A DNA stretch of 64,000 nt from the IMG/VR virus record IMGVR_UViG_3300020179_000022. One strand, 5' to 3'. This document shows positions 25,801 through 33,398 of the stretch, piece by piece. A program made the translations under genes and the position numbers. Position 1 is the stretch's first letter, and every line of letters starts with the position of its first letter. This DNA is from an uncultured virus (IMG/VR IMGVR_UViG_3300020179_000022). Lineage: Duplodnaviria > Heunggongvirae > Uroviricota > Caudoviricetes. Below the pieces are notes generated by a model that saw nothing but the letters and a program-made list of their open reading frames with translations, did no database searches and was not told the DNA's origin.

Positions 25801-27889
25801 TGATAACAATACATTCAAGATAAAAGAAGAACTTACAGACAATGCAATCATTGCAATGCTTGCTAGAGAAGTTATACCAACTTCCTCTGTAACCTCTGAT
25901 GAAAAAAGCCTAGCCTCTGAAGTTTTGGAAGAAGCTCCTGTTGCAGAAGATGCTGTTACTCCTGAAGCTCCAATCACACAAGAAGAAGTTGCAGAAGAAA
26001 CTACTGGGAAGAAACCTACATTTACTTACAAAGGAACTACAATCACCACTGATTTCCAGTTAACTACAGGTCAGCGTGAAGCTTTAGAAAAGTTAATTGA
26101 CTTCTCTACAGATCCAAATTCTGATTTCATCACCTTACAAGGTGCAGCAGGTACAGGTAAGACATCTATAATTGGATACTTGCAAAAGTATTTGAAGAGT
26201 CACACATTTAATTTCCTTGCACCAACACATGCTGCAACTGCTGAGTTAGCTTTTGCTACAGTTAAGTCTGGAAATAAACGACTACCAATGACTGTAGCAT
26301 CTGCAATAACATCTATTCTCAACCCTGCAACAAATGAGATGATTGTAACTTTGTCAAAAAAGTTAATATCTGCAATGGGCTTAGGAAAAAATGTTTTTGT
26401 TGTAGATGAAGTGTCAATGCTAAATTCTAAAGATTATGAAGCATTGAAGGAAGCTGCTAGTAAAAATAATGTAAAAATTATATTCATGGGTGACATAATG
26501 CAAATACCACAGGTAGATGTAACTAACCCAGAGAAGAAGCCTGTATCAAAAGCGTTCACTGAACTAGATCAAGTTAGATTAACAGAGGTTAAGAGAACTA
26601 GCAGTAATTCAATATTGAACATGTTGACAAATGTTAGAAATAATGTTAATGATAAGATCCCAGTTGTTGAGTCTTCAGATCAACTTGAATATCTTCCTTT
26701 GCCAAAATTCAATTCTAAACTAGCTGATGTATTTGAACAAAATCCTGAAGAAACTGTATTGATCAGTTATACAAACAGAGGAGTTGAACAGTACAATAAA
26801 AAAATTAGATCTACATTAGGAAGAGAAGGAGACTTAGTTCCTGGAGATGTAGTGGTTGGTTACTTGGGATATTCAAGTAAACAAATTGAAAAAAGCGATT
26901 TGGCTAACAGTGTTCGATACACAGTGACTAGTGTTGAGAAAGATGGATCACTTTATAACATTTCTGCTTCTTCCAAAAAGCTTGTTGAATTACAAAGACT
27001 AGGAGTTGAATCAGTTAGTGGTAGAGCTAATACAAAGTATGCTCAACTTTCAAGAAGTGATTCTTTTGATTTCTCAAATCTTACAGAAGAAGATTTTAGT
27101 CAGAATAACAAAATGCTTTCTGACATGATGGTTCGTCTACATGAGGCAAAACAATTAGCACTTAGAACAAAATCAAGTGGTAGTTGGAGAGACTACTTTG
27201 CTATAAAAGGTAATATTTCTCAAAGATTAGCCAACCTTGATCTAGGTGACACTTATATCTACAATCCAGCAACAGGTGTTATGGAGAAGTATGAGTATGA
27301 GAGACACAAGAAGATTGATAAGGATTTGATTATTGAAAAAGGAATTGATTTTGGACATGCTATCACGATACATAAGTCTCAAGGTTCTACAATAAAGAAT
27401 GTTTTCTTTGATGCATCTAGTTTACCAACATCGTCTTCTTCAAAACTTACTGTGAATGGTGAAGTGATGGGTACAGAAAAACATTCTCTTCTGTATGTAG
27501 GTGTTTCAAGAGCTTCAGAATATCTTGGAATAAATTACGCTAATCCATCAAACTTCTATGATGTAGCTGAAGAACCAGTTGTAGAACAAAAATCTAGAGT
27601 GGTGAAAGTTGATCAGTACCAAATCACTGTTCAACCTGATGGAAAGATGTTATTTGCAAATGGCACAGAAGTTACTGACCAAACCATTAAGAATAAAGTT
27701 GATATTAAAATAGCTTATCAAGATGGCACTCTAAGAATTTCTGTCTACAATAACAACAAATATTTTGTACTTTCGAATAACAAAATCCTTGGAAGTGGAA
27801 AGACTAATCTTGGAAAAGAGACAGTTACAGATCCAAAGATTAAACAAGAGATTCTTGATAAAGCAGTACTGTACAAACCTAAGTGTTAA
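13883..27889 (+). CDS. Giant virion-packaged RNA polymerase polyprotein (crAss-like vRNAP) with a degenerate zincin region and a C-terminal RecD/Dda-like SF1B helicase
   Basis: 4668 aa. Catalytic DxDxD motif GSDFDIDKL at 23162-23188, preceded by GFRIPNQ. Also D..KR and ADG motifs and TAFVDVAKDP. Helicase motifs GAAGTGKT (26141), APTHAA, VDEVSM, GDIMQIPQV, TIHKSQGST (27365) and YVGVSRA (27494). Confidence 0.88.
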   Translation: MEEERIVNLGGVNQPIPSPGTLQNPGNQIPGNSPSPRDMFLGIMKQNQSTSVAPIPTSSFYTGKRFEETRPFTDYEEMAAQQQSTFDQYRNGLGKMVGLAATSFVSGTAGLLYGIGSAASTLKFSNLYDNPVTRLMDQAQSGMEDYLPNYYTKAEQDAEWWSPDNWYTANFWGDKVFKNIGYGIGSIYGGAAWTKVFKLIGQANSLVRAGKGMEAAANIEKAMQIVPKTQKLSAIENTLANLSQGTKDIIRNNGDRFLTSAMGTFGESSIEALQKMNEFRNSAIQEYKNKFGYAPEGEDLNEINAFAEKIGNYVWGMGTILLTGSNYIQLPKILGSSRKVEKAYINKIAQEGLGKEFAEQLPKTRFGKLVDTATGLSRFLVSPTEAFEEGMQFAIATGVDDYFDRAYKNKEELGTFLETVYGAMGNVFGEGIDKTLSTKEGIESIIIGSLAGGIQQAPMSIYREGLTGRGGVKARNTAIAIQELNKRNIDSALKEQADFMAIGIGSQSMRQQAIENNDILSEKDYEKDFTLSYLMPRAKYGKMDSVYNELDYYKQQALMGGFEELQSAGIAFDGETKEQFIQRIGNLENTAKAVDKHYENINLNYAGEVQTDEEGNVVKDAKGNPLRKYSPIVVDKLVYAASKIDDYSLRIPAVNAELAKANIPTVNILQEILENNKPNKESVKEALDQINAMDVTNDVKDDLKRSLSDVIELSLRRKLFINQYNDIKQKPLNYSYVSTSERVREMGTVEVTQKEGRKSVSKPFQVGQEYSLAEPIRLDNGKLVLAPKITILSETLGGEFEVRLPDGREVFLPPLEFKTYNITEEDNTSQELEDILNQSIDEVFEYPAFRDVFQKPAEGLNKLEYVNSIGDQKFTKAVLNRFNRLAKDLLEKQAKAKEIADRIKEAKSSLDKQQEEISASQTFPVGTLPEDAGERVDTGETGKMKAAVEFFDSSTTESEEFEDLTKSQPHVVRSRVFLNNARKFKNRNKLRAIVFTYNQEESLGLSGVTALSFKMTQEQIDADKAAFETKVTNKDNGFVGMVFVELDGKKRYFVDQDGKRIGEVGQQVDLGKVVFQTMPSTSITNSRGNDRYRKDEKDSFVRFAQVWRNRRVELMKPSTVPPTLEFRISAGIPVSQKEGDVYKKNAVTSNLVDETAIATIPGLVNVVTTDTIQHNGRIVNSKKGYVYIQSGDLLQYLNNNKLGKKKATTMYEVIKSAVTRLEKDASEGKAPKFNTNELLFINNVLNLKNPKGELKDNQIWFDLDNLAVKLGKQTFKFSELASKEQEIIEQLSEMYHSANAKTLRSESSFFEYFFEDGKLQEREWKNYQSYLVSGKDRAVSDIPFVTIANPTAAQPYAFAGKYATLVNFETGDEGYVPSEKEQEPPKPSKSGASTKPSDVIESDVPVVVKLTNKEGEEFTVSLNDGGVNTIPMFGGDFTFKANILPTGEIEIDTISPETNAETIQKFANVPAKMAVARKKYPTATEGLNDIDAATVFYIGEAAAKVEAAINEGQAQAPAAPVAPVVSDIEAKKADIERRRKDEIKERAPYVLTKDYFEGDNDTIATLTFTSNVDKTYAYKQSGVSISQDELRNDSRLSNITKEQYDAAIEAPELIKEINAKYDAELAALEEAKPAEQPVEKKVTLPKEKKGLSGLKSGVQDEETRRVRTGEPGERISGRDIEAFKAWHAKNAKNIPFEILDNIITLHDGSKAWGLFEEGVAKFFKRGLRGTEYHEVFEGIWKAFLTQGERQAILDEFKAKRGSFLDRESGQLIAYSQATDRQAKERIADDFADYRLGKLPARTLSEKIRNFFKAIVEFFKTFVAKPSLKDDLFKSIDTGKFAEYVVSEEAKSAAPEYRKIYSSDGSVISEDQAWAIVQDMTITMSQYIFNRNNTDGLEKLFNPLATTGKDIYNFLRKRYAENIEILGEQAFQDLFLRSKDLIRTMGINVDIDGVVSTNDANQNNRLYAPEAFEVDFQKNMRFAVKFALATNPAAETIYSEGKAPELLNSKVLKGFKLLNNFNKSFATILNKLSNTSLQKVDKKLIELIKEDGNYYRIFNRLGGDANNGILDYSSFNTTDWRFYVQFVQAFSKSNPFVQLAIQRVTEDGVESFTAPGDRTSALNKTRNEWFQNIKELSKSDSSFIIKTKNEKGTPIYAIDNKNKNYPPKQSLLEPQRVQNYLKNIGIEFPLSFIEKINTNEKQKKAFDNAVTKIYEFGPKGYAMLSGEKFSEVDSHVRSLADMYVRLTNPDQDTTRLNIDNERTNNFSDSNAPSVFEAEFNESMTLDELFNTRPELRDVFAKNSLLIQKDGMFFDQDGNKIDGKNIKIGVIDGLRNEISDRGLSMSSLTKGDRFTVEINENINGNYYILIPADSSTERMLQLGRIVEYDLFNQGADRAFTRAKKIFKGYLEDEINLALDWETRSKVAATAKNAKELRFFKDILEQSLVDDIHNAIAEGQSTEGILALVSDEALEESLKNTLTNLNQSTLNDLIETGEVERLGENYSYQMLDSNFVKDKKLNRNSLSEEEMMQVLSFVNMNYMIANIEMHKFIFGDPYQFKIKDGKLDETKRIKSWLSPRRVTVDLPEQNQKFNEVYNNPTEDISLDPDDLFRYTFKSYVKTVTLNDVNPASEFVQKFEGYDEADGFSVMIDGAYREVKLKNGEWSNDLAEPWFQWNQSYARQKMAAKKLYEYKNEALKKHDQETIAKPQPPFVTEVLKPIVSGSKFGLNRIEGVLDKFSQMPITYKMVEGTNLENLYVQMLQEKVGYVVYKSGRKEGVRQGHSLYDGNGDYNNTPFGEETIENVSWKTYGIQVENSYEEGKLQTRGSQLTKNDTMDMYDNGKEAEGMEGASALAEEKIKIFKEMHQNAYEEFLNKLGLEDLNGSYKIVDPVKISRSLEYELLRRQASQNVIDTIRLNEDGQFIMPFEASAAYEQIRSILISMINKSLISPQMNGKPHVQVPATLWENAKAGRKLLRKTKDGYVKITRKQYDALSNEDKKGVVLSSDALKFYENEDGKRYMEVMIPNFWKKNFPGKTDEQILEYLNNNENGKILFGVGFRIPNQATSSTEVFKVKGFLDPSMGSTVVVPSEIVAKAGSDFDIDKLNMYLKSVYTDANGNVKLIEYKGSKEATMDFFAKVYEDRIQKQLDSISRYDEFRDNVLEIFEAAETIEDPSNVTAESLEKLLGEDLFKYYMDHREVINEMKEQALVEGMSPADYVGDQMGRLATKFENLSKEKFDNNLKNKYLQKMYKNSLENRYYEILEGLVTLPGNFERLMSPVSDAGLSEVANTLDEATKNKEADIKNKLISRSFMTSLRQAFLMGKKWVGIAAVNITGHAIGQKVGLYFDSRLMNNLSDYDKGFLGDLSLAIPHNTVTVDGKKMISLGGRKTADGKDEFISDRLSGYATAFVDVAKDPYILKLIQSDLVVGTAMLMERIGAGELTPYFLNQPMIIEYLKTLDKYKSRSLFGKDNLDYIYGKFETKASDKPYNLTNEFVKTADGKIDFEKSKENLLNLIRENANRPEGVKASNEFNAKQVAVFNEFLRLAKLAQLNFKFTQAYNYDTTRVTNYEGFKRKITRTETAKQANIISSIDKVMNDTFIGDQVKLLKKELMSLGAIMKLDSEGIDQYMDEVMEPFYADEYMSADDFNYVAKKLKSSFLDFLIQTRSTSIFPDDIKNLFTGSNSVASRLLKLKAKDPSSNLLSNLVPVSSAQENGPTTVALKVKPKEAIDIDRYTGMMRELKEREPEFYNDLVKLSVLQGTLETNLSISSIIPVEDRAAIIAPVINTLQSSSELEVFNKEGLFYRNNFSDDRIVPEIKPRYQTVDAGVGLQINYLKTDTFLASLENGITPGSGKLVSLNNKYSFMNGADKDFLKMKRYQYVSGFAGGNPTTIVVDITSGKQMSVKDFTKLTNEGTLSKYEMVGYKKVKSEDDVPLTIQRKVGKSLDEFSVFKMVNLYGAGRIVAEYPKLMTSSAVDNNTFKIKEELTDNAIIAMLAREVIPTSSVTSDEKSLASEVLEEAPVAEDAVTPEAPITQEEVAEETTGKKPTFTYKGTTITTDFQLTTGQREALEKLIDFSTDPNSDFITLQGAAGTGKTSIIGYLQKYLKSHTFNFLAPTHAATAELAFATVKSGNKRLPMTVASAITSILNPATNEMIVTLSKKLISAMGLGKNVFVVDEVSMLNSKDYEALKEAASKNNVKIIFMGDIMQIPQVDVTNPEKKPVSKAFTELDQVRLTEVKRTSSNSILNMLTNVRNNVNDKIPVVESSDQLEYLPLPKFNSKLADVFEQNPEETVLISYTNRGVEQYNKKIRSTLGREGDLVPGDVVVGYLGYSSKQIEKSDLANSVRYTVTSVEKDGSLYNISASSKKLVELQRLGVESVSGRANTKYAQLSRSDSFDFSNLTEEDFSQNNKMLSDMMVRLHEAKQLALRTKSSGSWRDYFAIKGNISQRLANLDLGDTYIYNPATGVMEKYEYERHKKIDKDLIIEKGIDFGHAITIHKSQGSTIKNVFFDASSLPTSSSSKLTVNGEVMGTEKHSLLYVGVSRASEYLGINYANPSNFYDVAEEPVVEQKSRVVKVDQYQITVQPDGKMLFANGTEVTDQTIKNKVDIKIAYQDGTLRISVYNNNKYFVLSNNKILGSGKTNLGKETVTDPKIKQEILDKAVLYKPKC

Positions 27890-27892
27890 GAT

Positions 27893-30800
27893 ATGCCTTG
27901 CCCAATACAAATACGAGAAACAATTCAGAACAGCATTGATAGAAAACTGCCTGATCCAGAAGCAGTGATGTCACAAGATGCTGCTAAAGGAATTGTTGAC
28001 TATCTTAATAAGCTTTGGTCATCAGCTATTGCTAGAGTGCAACAGTATTCTGGACTAGGTGGATTTAGAGTGATTATCAATCCTCTAGAAGATGCTGTCA
28101 ACAAGGAATTCAAAAGACAACAAGATGCTGAGAATGCATTTGAACGTGATCTTGATTTCTTCAAAGGTGATGAAGCTCTTCTTGAGCAAGAGCAAAGAGA
28201 TTTATTTCTTCAAAGAGCAGCTCCTGTCAAACCAGGTGTTCAAGAACTGTTTAACACCAATCCAGAACTAGCATCTGTAGGAACTCCTGAGCAATATTCA
28301 GCTTATCTTGATTCTATATTCCCAGAGAGTAAGGTGAAGGATATTGTTTATCATGGTAGTAAGTCCCCTAAAATAGATAAATTTAAAAATTCTGAGTATG
28401 GTTATGAAGGTATTTCTTTTACTTATAATAAAAATAGAGCAAAAGGATATGCTGAAGTAGCTTCTTTGGGTACAATTAAAAAAGATGGGACACCTTGGAA
28501 AGGAAAAGTATATTCTGTGTTATTAAATGCTAAAGAAGAAGGTAAAGATTATGAAGATTTACAAAATTTGCAAGAAGAAATTATAGTATTCGAACCAGAA
28601 CAAATCCACATTCTAGGAAACGAGAATGATGTTCAAGGCTTTAGACAATTTGTTAGTGAGCAAGGAACATCTTTACAAAAGACTGCTGAAGAAACTCTAC
28701 CAACAAACGCATCACCTAAGACATTAAAAATCATCAGAGACTTCCTAGAGAAGGTGGGTGTTAATGTCAACATTGTAAAAGAGATAGTTGTCAATGGTGT
28801 CAAGTATGATGCTAATGGTGTTGCGCAAGTGATGCAACAACTCATCTCTGTTGTAGAAGGAAAAGAAGCACAGGCTCTTCCAGAAGAAGCCATGCACTTT
28901 GCTGTATCCATTATTAAACAAACCAATCCTAAGCTTTATCAAAAGCTTATGAAGGAGATTAATGGATATGATATGCTTACACAAGTGTTTAGAACTTATG
29001 GTAACGATCCTCTGTATCAGAAGGATGGTAAGCCTGATGTTATTAAACTTAAGGAAGAAGCCATTGCTAAGGTGCTAGTTGAGAAAATCATCAACAAGTC
29101 TGAGAACATTGCAGAGACTAAAGAAAATGTAGCTATTGCACAATCTTGGTGGAGAAGCATTGTTGATTGGATTAAAAACTTGCTTTATGTCAAGTCTGGT
29201 TTTGATCAAGTTACTATTGACATCATCTCTGGCAAAGATATTGGAACAGCAGATCAAATTGGTGAAGAGCAAGATGCTACATTCCTACAGAAGAGTAAGC
29301 AAGACAATGTTTATGATTCTGTTGTTGAGCTGTCAAAAAGAATCACTAGACCTGCTGAAGGAGAGAACAAATACATAGTTGATGGTAAGGAAGTACCAAG
29401 AGTTTCTGACATTGTAAAAACATACTATGACAATCGTCAAAAGAATCAAGAGCTTCTTGATGATGAATACGACACAGCTGTAAAAGAACTTAAGAAAGAA
29501 AAAGGAACAAAAGGTCACGCTGATCTTGAATATGCATTCTCGCTATTTGTAGATGAGAATGGATATTTAAAAGATGCTGAAACACGTGCTGCCAATATAG
29601 AAAATGATGACTACATCTCTCAAATAGGTAGTCAGAGTTTTTATGAAACATTAAGAGACAATCTTCAAAGAAGACTTGAATCATATCCACAAGGAACTAG
29701 ATTCATCAAAGAAGTTGCTATATACAATGGTAAGAACTTAGCTGGTACAGTTGACTTTATGGCAATCACTCAAGAAGGAAAGATTGACATCCTTGACTGG
29801 AAGTTTATGAATCTTAACCAAGAGAAGTACACTGATGTGCCTTGGTATAAGATTGAATCTTGGAACATCCAGATGGATGAGTACAAGAAGATTCTTATGG
29901 CTAACTATGGTGTGCAGGCAAAAGATTTCAGACAAACAAGAATGATCCCAATCCTTGCTCAATACTCTAGAGGTAAGAAGAGCAAAGAGGGTACAGTGAT
30001 TGAACTACCAAGACTCACTGGTGTGAAGATTGGTGATGTTAATATTCAAGACATTGATGAGCAAGAGGACTTCCTATTGCCTGTTCCAACAAAAGATGAA
30101 CTAACAGATAACAGAAGACTTGATGAGCTCTTGAAGAAGCTTAACAAGTCCTACGAGACATTTGCTAAAGAGAAGGTTACACCAGATAAAAAAGAAGCTA
30201 AGAGAGAACAATTACAAAGCTTGTTCAAGGCAATTAGAAGATTGCAAGTGAAGCGTGATGTTCGACCACTTATTGATCAAGCTAAACTTCTAGAAAAGAA
30301 AGCAGAAGACCTAATCTCCAAGTATAAAGAACTTTACGAAAGTCCAGAAGATATTAATGCATTCTCAGAACAAGAAATCAACTTGTTTACTGAAGAGATT
30401 GAGAGCTTGAGTAACGCATTCAATTCATACATTGATATCCACAACTTGTTAAAAGATGTTGTTGATGGAGATGTAAGAAATGAATTGCGTGATGTTGCTG
30501 ATAGTGCTAGCGAATTCATCTCTGAGTTCAAAGTGATTAACGAAGACTTTGTAAGAGATGTAATTGCTAAACGTGAAGGATATGAAAATGTATTGAGTCC
30601 AGAGAAAGTTGTAAAGGGTTTTGCAAAATGGTTTTCTTCCACAGCTACATTACAGGTTAAGACTATTCAGCTTCTTTTTACTAAGGCTAATAAAGCATTT
30701 AGTAAAGCTGCAATGGCTACACAAGAGGAGAGTGCTAAACTCTTAGCTTTGCGTGATGACTACATGAAGTGGGCAGCTTCTAAAGGCATTAGTCAAAAAG

Positions 30801-33271
30801 AATTCTTTTCAATGATTAAGAAGAAGGATAGCAATGAACTCATTGATCAATACAAAAAAGAATTCTACACTGAAGCGAAGAAAGCTACAAAAGATGGTGA
30901 TGTTCAGTGGATCAAAGATAATGTTGATATTGCTAAGCTAGAGGAAGCTCTTGAGAAGAAAAAGAACGAGGAGATTGAAAAAATTAACAATAAACCTAGA
31001 AATGGTACTACTGAACAAATACTAAGAGAGGTTGCTAAAGAAACTGCTGATGCTAAACGTTTGTATAGTATCAATACAGACTCTTCAAAAGGATGGTTCT
31101 TATATGATATTGTTAAAAAGTCTCCATTAGATAAGTGGGAAAGTGAACAGTGGAAAGAACTCAACAAGCCTGAGAATGCCCCAGCAAAAGCATTCTATGA
31201 TTACATTGTTGATAAGAATAAAGAATATGCTGATTTAGGATATATATCAAAACAAAAAGAAAGAATCTTCCTTCCTTATGTACAAGGCTCTATTGTAGAA
31301 GCTGCTGTAAAAGGAGACAGTCTATCTCTTGGTGAAAGATTCTGGAGAAGCATTTCTATTGATGCTGGTGATGTTGGGTTTGGTCAACTTGATCCAAACA
31401 CAGGAAAACCAATCAACACAATTCCTAAATACTTCACTACACCATTTGAAGGAATTCTTAGTGAAGACTTGTTTAAAACTATGTCGATGTACAATGAGGC
31501 TGCATTGAGATATAAGTATGTTAGCGAGATTGAGAACCAGGTGAGGGCTATTGCTAGAGTGGAGAAGAACAAGAAAACCATCATGACTACTTCTCTTGGT
31601 AAAGTAGCAAGAGACCCTATTACAGGTGATCCTATTTACAATCCAGAAAGCACAGAAGGAAACTATGAGCTGTTAGACTCAATGATCAAGTCTATTATCT
31701 ACGGTCAGAAATATATAGACAACCAAAACTTTGACGCAGCTCTATTTAAGATTGGCAGTTGGGGTAAGACAATTAATAAGAAACTTGGTATAAATGTTTT
31801 TCCAGAAAAGCTAGAGGGAAGACAAGTGACATTGAACAAGATTGCTGATAATTTGAACAACTCTTTCTCAATTGCAACACTAGGTTTTAACTTAGGGTCA
31901 TCACTATCCAATGGTCTTGGTGGTACATTCCAGTCTATAATCAACTCTGGTAAATACTTTACCAAAACTGATTTCATAGCTGCTGAATCTCAAGTGATTA
32001 TTAACAAACTTAGCGGTGAAGATAAGAGTAAGTACATAAGAGCTTTTGAATACTTCCTCCCTTTAACAGATAACTATAATAGAGAATTTCTAAAGAAACT
32101 TTCTGTAAGTAAGTTGAATGATGAGGCTATACAAGACATACTAATGTCTTGGATGCGGTTTGCTGATAGCACTGTTCAAGCAACCAACTTCTTAGCATTC
32201 CTTAACAACAGTGTTGTTATAGATGGTAAGGTGGTAAATGCTAGAGAATATTTAAGAACTCTTCCTGAATACAAAGGTAGATGGTCAGGTAGTTCTCAAG
32301 ATAGAAAAGCATTTGATGAAAGATTCGAAGAGCAAGTGAAGAAGCTTGTTGAAGAGAAAGGTGTAATGAAACTTGCCACAATTGAAGATGGTAAGTTTGT
32401 TATTCCTGGTGTAGACAGAATGTCTAACAGTGTTCTTGAGCTAAGAAGAAAGGTGCAGCAACTTAGTAAAGATGCAATGGGTAACCTCTCTGAAGATGAT
32501 GTACGACTCATCAACATGAACATTCTTGGTAAGTCATTCATGGTGTTCAAGAACTGGATTCCAAGACTTGTAGATATTAGATTTGGTGGATTGAAATACA
32601 ACGCTGCTTCTGATGCTTACGAATGGGGTAGAACAAGAATGATGTTCTCTGTTTTATTTGATCGTCAACTAGTCACATTCAAAGGTTTCAAGGGGCTCAT
32701 TCTTGGCGATGAATATGGTGCAGAGCTGATGAGACAAAGCTTTGAGAAGAGAGCTGAGAAATATGAACGTGAGACAGGCAGAAAACTAGAAATGGATGAA
32801 GCAATGTTCATGGACTTGATGCAAAGTAACGTGAATGCTTTTGCTCGTGACTTAATGTTCTTATCAGCTCTTTTAGCACTTACATTTGCAATGGCTGCAT
32901 TTGCACCAGACGATGATGAAGATCCATTAGTTAAAAACCAATACAACTATGCTAGAAGATTAGCAGACAAGATCTTTAGTGAGGTTGCATATTTCTATAA
33001 TCCTACATCTCTTCTAAATCTTGTGGGTAGTGGACCATTCCCAGCAATGTCTTTGTTAAACAATGCATCTAAAGCACTTGCCAATTCATTAAAAGAACTT
33101 TATGGATTGACGACAGGTGATGAGGAGATGGTAGAAGATACTAAGGTGATAAAGTATTTGATGAGAACATTCCCATTTGCAAACCAAATGGTTGGTTATC
33201 TACCATTGTTCTATCCAGATATGGCCAAAGATCTTGGTATTAGAGTACAAAGTAATTATGGAATAAGATAA
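27893..33271 (+). CDS. Large polyvalent virion protein (ART-like YHGS domain, degenerate zincin, PD-(D/E)XK nuclease domain, C-terminal helical/hydrophobic region)
   Basis: 1792 aa. IVYHGS...IVFEPEQIHILG module (~28226-28655), EEAMH (28883-28897), AGTVDFMAI...IDILDWK (29741-29803), FKNWIP, and a hydrophobic segment near the C-terminus. Confidence 0.65.
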   Translation: MPCPIQIRETIQNSIDRKLPDPEAVMSQDAAKGIVDYLNKLWSSAIARVQQYSGLGGFRVIINPLEDAVNKEFKRQQDAENAFERDLDFFKGDEALLEQEQRDLFLQRAAPVKPGVQELFNTNPELASVGTPEQYSAYLDSIFPESKVKDIVYHGSKSPKIDKFKNSEYGYEGISFTYNKNRAKGYAEVASLGTIKKDGTPWKGKVYSVLLNAKEEGKDYEDLQNLQEEIIVFEPEQIHILGNENDVQGFRQFVSEQGTSLQKTAEETLPTNASPKTLKIIRDFLEKVGVNVNIVKEIVVNGVKYDANGVAQVMQQLISVVEGKEAQALPEEAMHFAVSIIKQTNPKLYQKLMKEINGYDMLTQVFRTYGNDPLYQKDGKPDVIKLKEEAIAKVLVEKIINKSENIAETKENVAIAQSWWRSIVDWIKNLLYVKSGFDQVTIDIISGKDIGTADQIGEEQDATFLQKSKQDNVYDSVVELSKRITRPAEGENKYIVDGKEVPRVSDIVKTYYDNRQKNQELLDDEYDTAVKELKKEKGTKGHADLEYAFSLFVDENGYLKDAETRAANIENDDYISQIGSQSFYETLRDNLQRRLESYPQGTRFIKEVAIYNGKNLAGTVDFMAITQEGKIDILDWKFMNLNQEKYTDVPWYKIESWNIQMDEYKKILMANYGVQAKDFRQTRMIPILAQYSRGKKSKEGTVIELPRLTGVKIGDVNIQDIDEQEDFLLPVPTKDELTDNRRLDELLKKLNKSYETFAKEKVTPDKKEAKREQLQSLFKAIRRLQVKRDVRPLIDQAKLLEKKAEDLISKYKELYESPEDINAFSEQEINLFTEEIESLSNAFNSYIDIHNLLKDVVDGDVRNELRDVADSASEFISEFKVINEDFVRDVIAKREGYENVLSPEKVVKGFAKWFSSTATLQVKTIQLLFTKANKAFSKAAMATQEESAKLLALRDDYMKWAASKGISQKEFFSMIKKKDSNELIDQYKKEFYTEAKKATKDGDVQWIKDNVDIAKLEEALEKKKNEEIEKINNKPRNGTTEQILREVAKETADAKRLYSINTDSSKGWFLYDIVKKSPLDKWESEQWKELNKPENAPAKAFYDYIVDKNKEYADLGYISKQKERIFLPYVQGSIVEAAVKGDSLSLGERFWRSISIDAGDVGFGQLDPNTGKPINTIPKYFTTPFEGILSEDLFKTMSMYNEAALRYKYVSEIENQVRAIARVEKNKKTIMTTSLGKVARDPITGDPIYNPESTEGNYELLDSMIKSIIYGQKYIDNQNFDAALFKIGSWGKTINKKLGINVFPEKLEGRQVTLNKIADNLNNSFSIATLGFNLGSSLSNGLGGTFQSIINSGKYFTKTDFIAAESQVIINKLSGEDKSKYIRAFEYFLPLTDNYNREFLKKLSVSKLNDEAIQDILMSWMRFADSTVQATNFLAFLNNSVVIDGKVVNAREYLRTLPEYKGRWSGSSQDRKAFDERFEEQVKKLVEEKGVMKLATIEDGKFVIPGVDRMSNSVLELRRKVQQLSKDAMGNLSEDDVRLINMNILGKSFMVFKNWIPRLVDIRFGGLKYNAASDAYEWGRTRMMFSVLFDRQLVTFKGFKGLILGDEYGAELMRQSFEKRAEKYERETGRKLEMDEAMFMDLMQSNVNAFARDLMFLSALLALTFAMAAFAPDDDEDPLVKNQYNYARRLADKIFSEVAYFYNPTSLLNLVGSGPFPAMSLLNNASKALANSLKELYGLTTGDEEMVEDTKVIKYLMRTFPFANQMVGYLPLFYPDMAKDLGIRVQSNYGIR

Positions 33272-33331
33272 TAGAATTACACGTAGGCTATTGAGAAATA
33301 TATCTATATTCACTAGTTTTACATAACTACA

Positions 33332-33381
33332 GAAAGCAAGTAAAACCTAGGGACAATGCTGTTTCTAGGTTTTGCTTTTTT
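33332..33381 (+). terminator. Stem-loop with U-tract (probable intrinsic terminator or leader hairpin) between the polyvalent protein and tail fibre genes
   Basis: AAAACCTAG...CTAGGTTTT stem, extended by AAGCA/TGCTT and followed by TTTTT. Confidence 0.55.
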
Positions 33382-33398
33382 AACAATATAACAACAAC

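Noticed and set aside
14034..32946. Numerous 60-120 aa ORFs antisense or off-frame within the giant genes
   Set aside because: They are fully nested in long coding genes and have no recognisable motifs, as expected by chance.
13883..33271. Inteins or introns in the giant ORFs
   Set aside because: No C/S...HN-C/S/T splice signature or LAGLIDADG motif was recognised, and the ORFs are uninterrupted.
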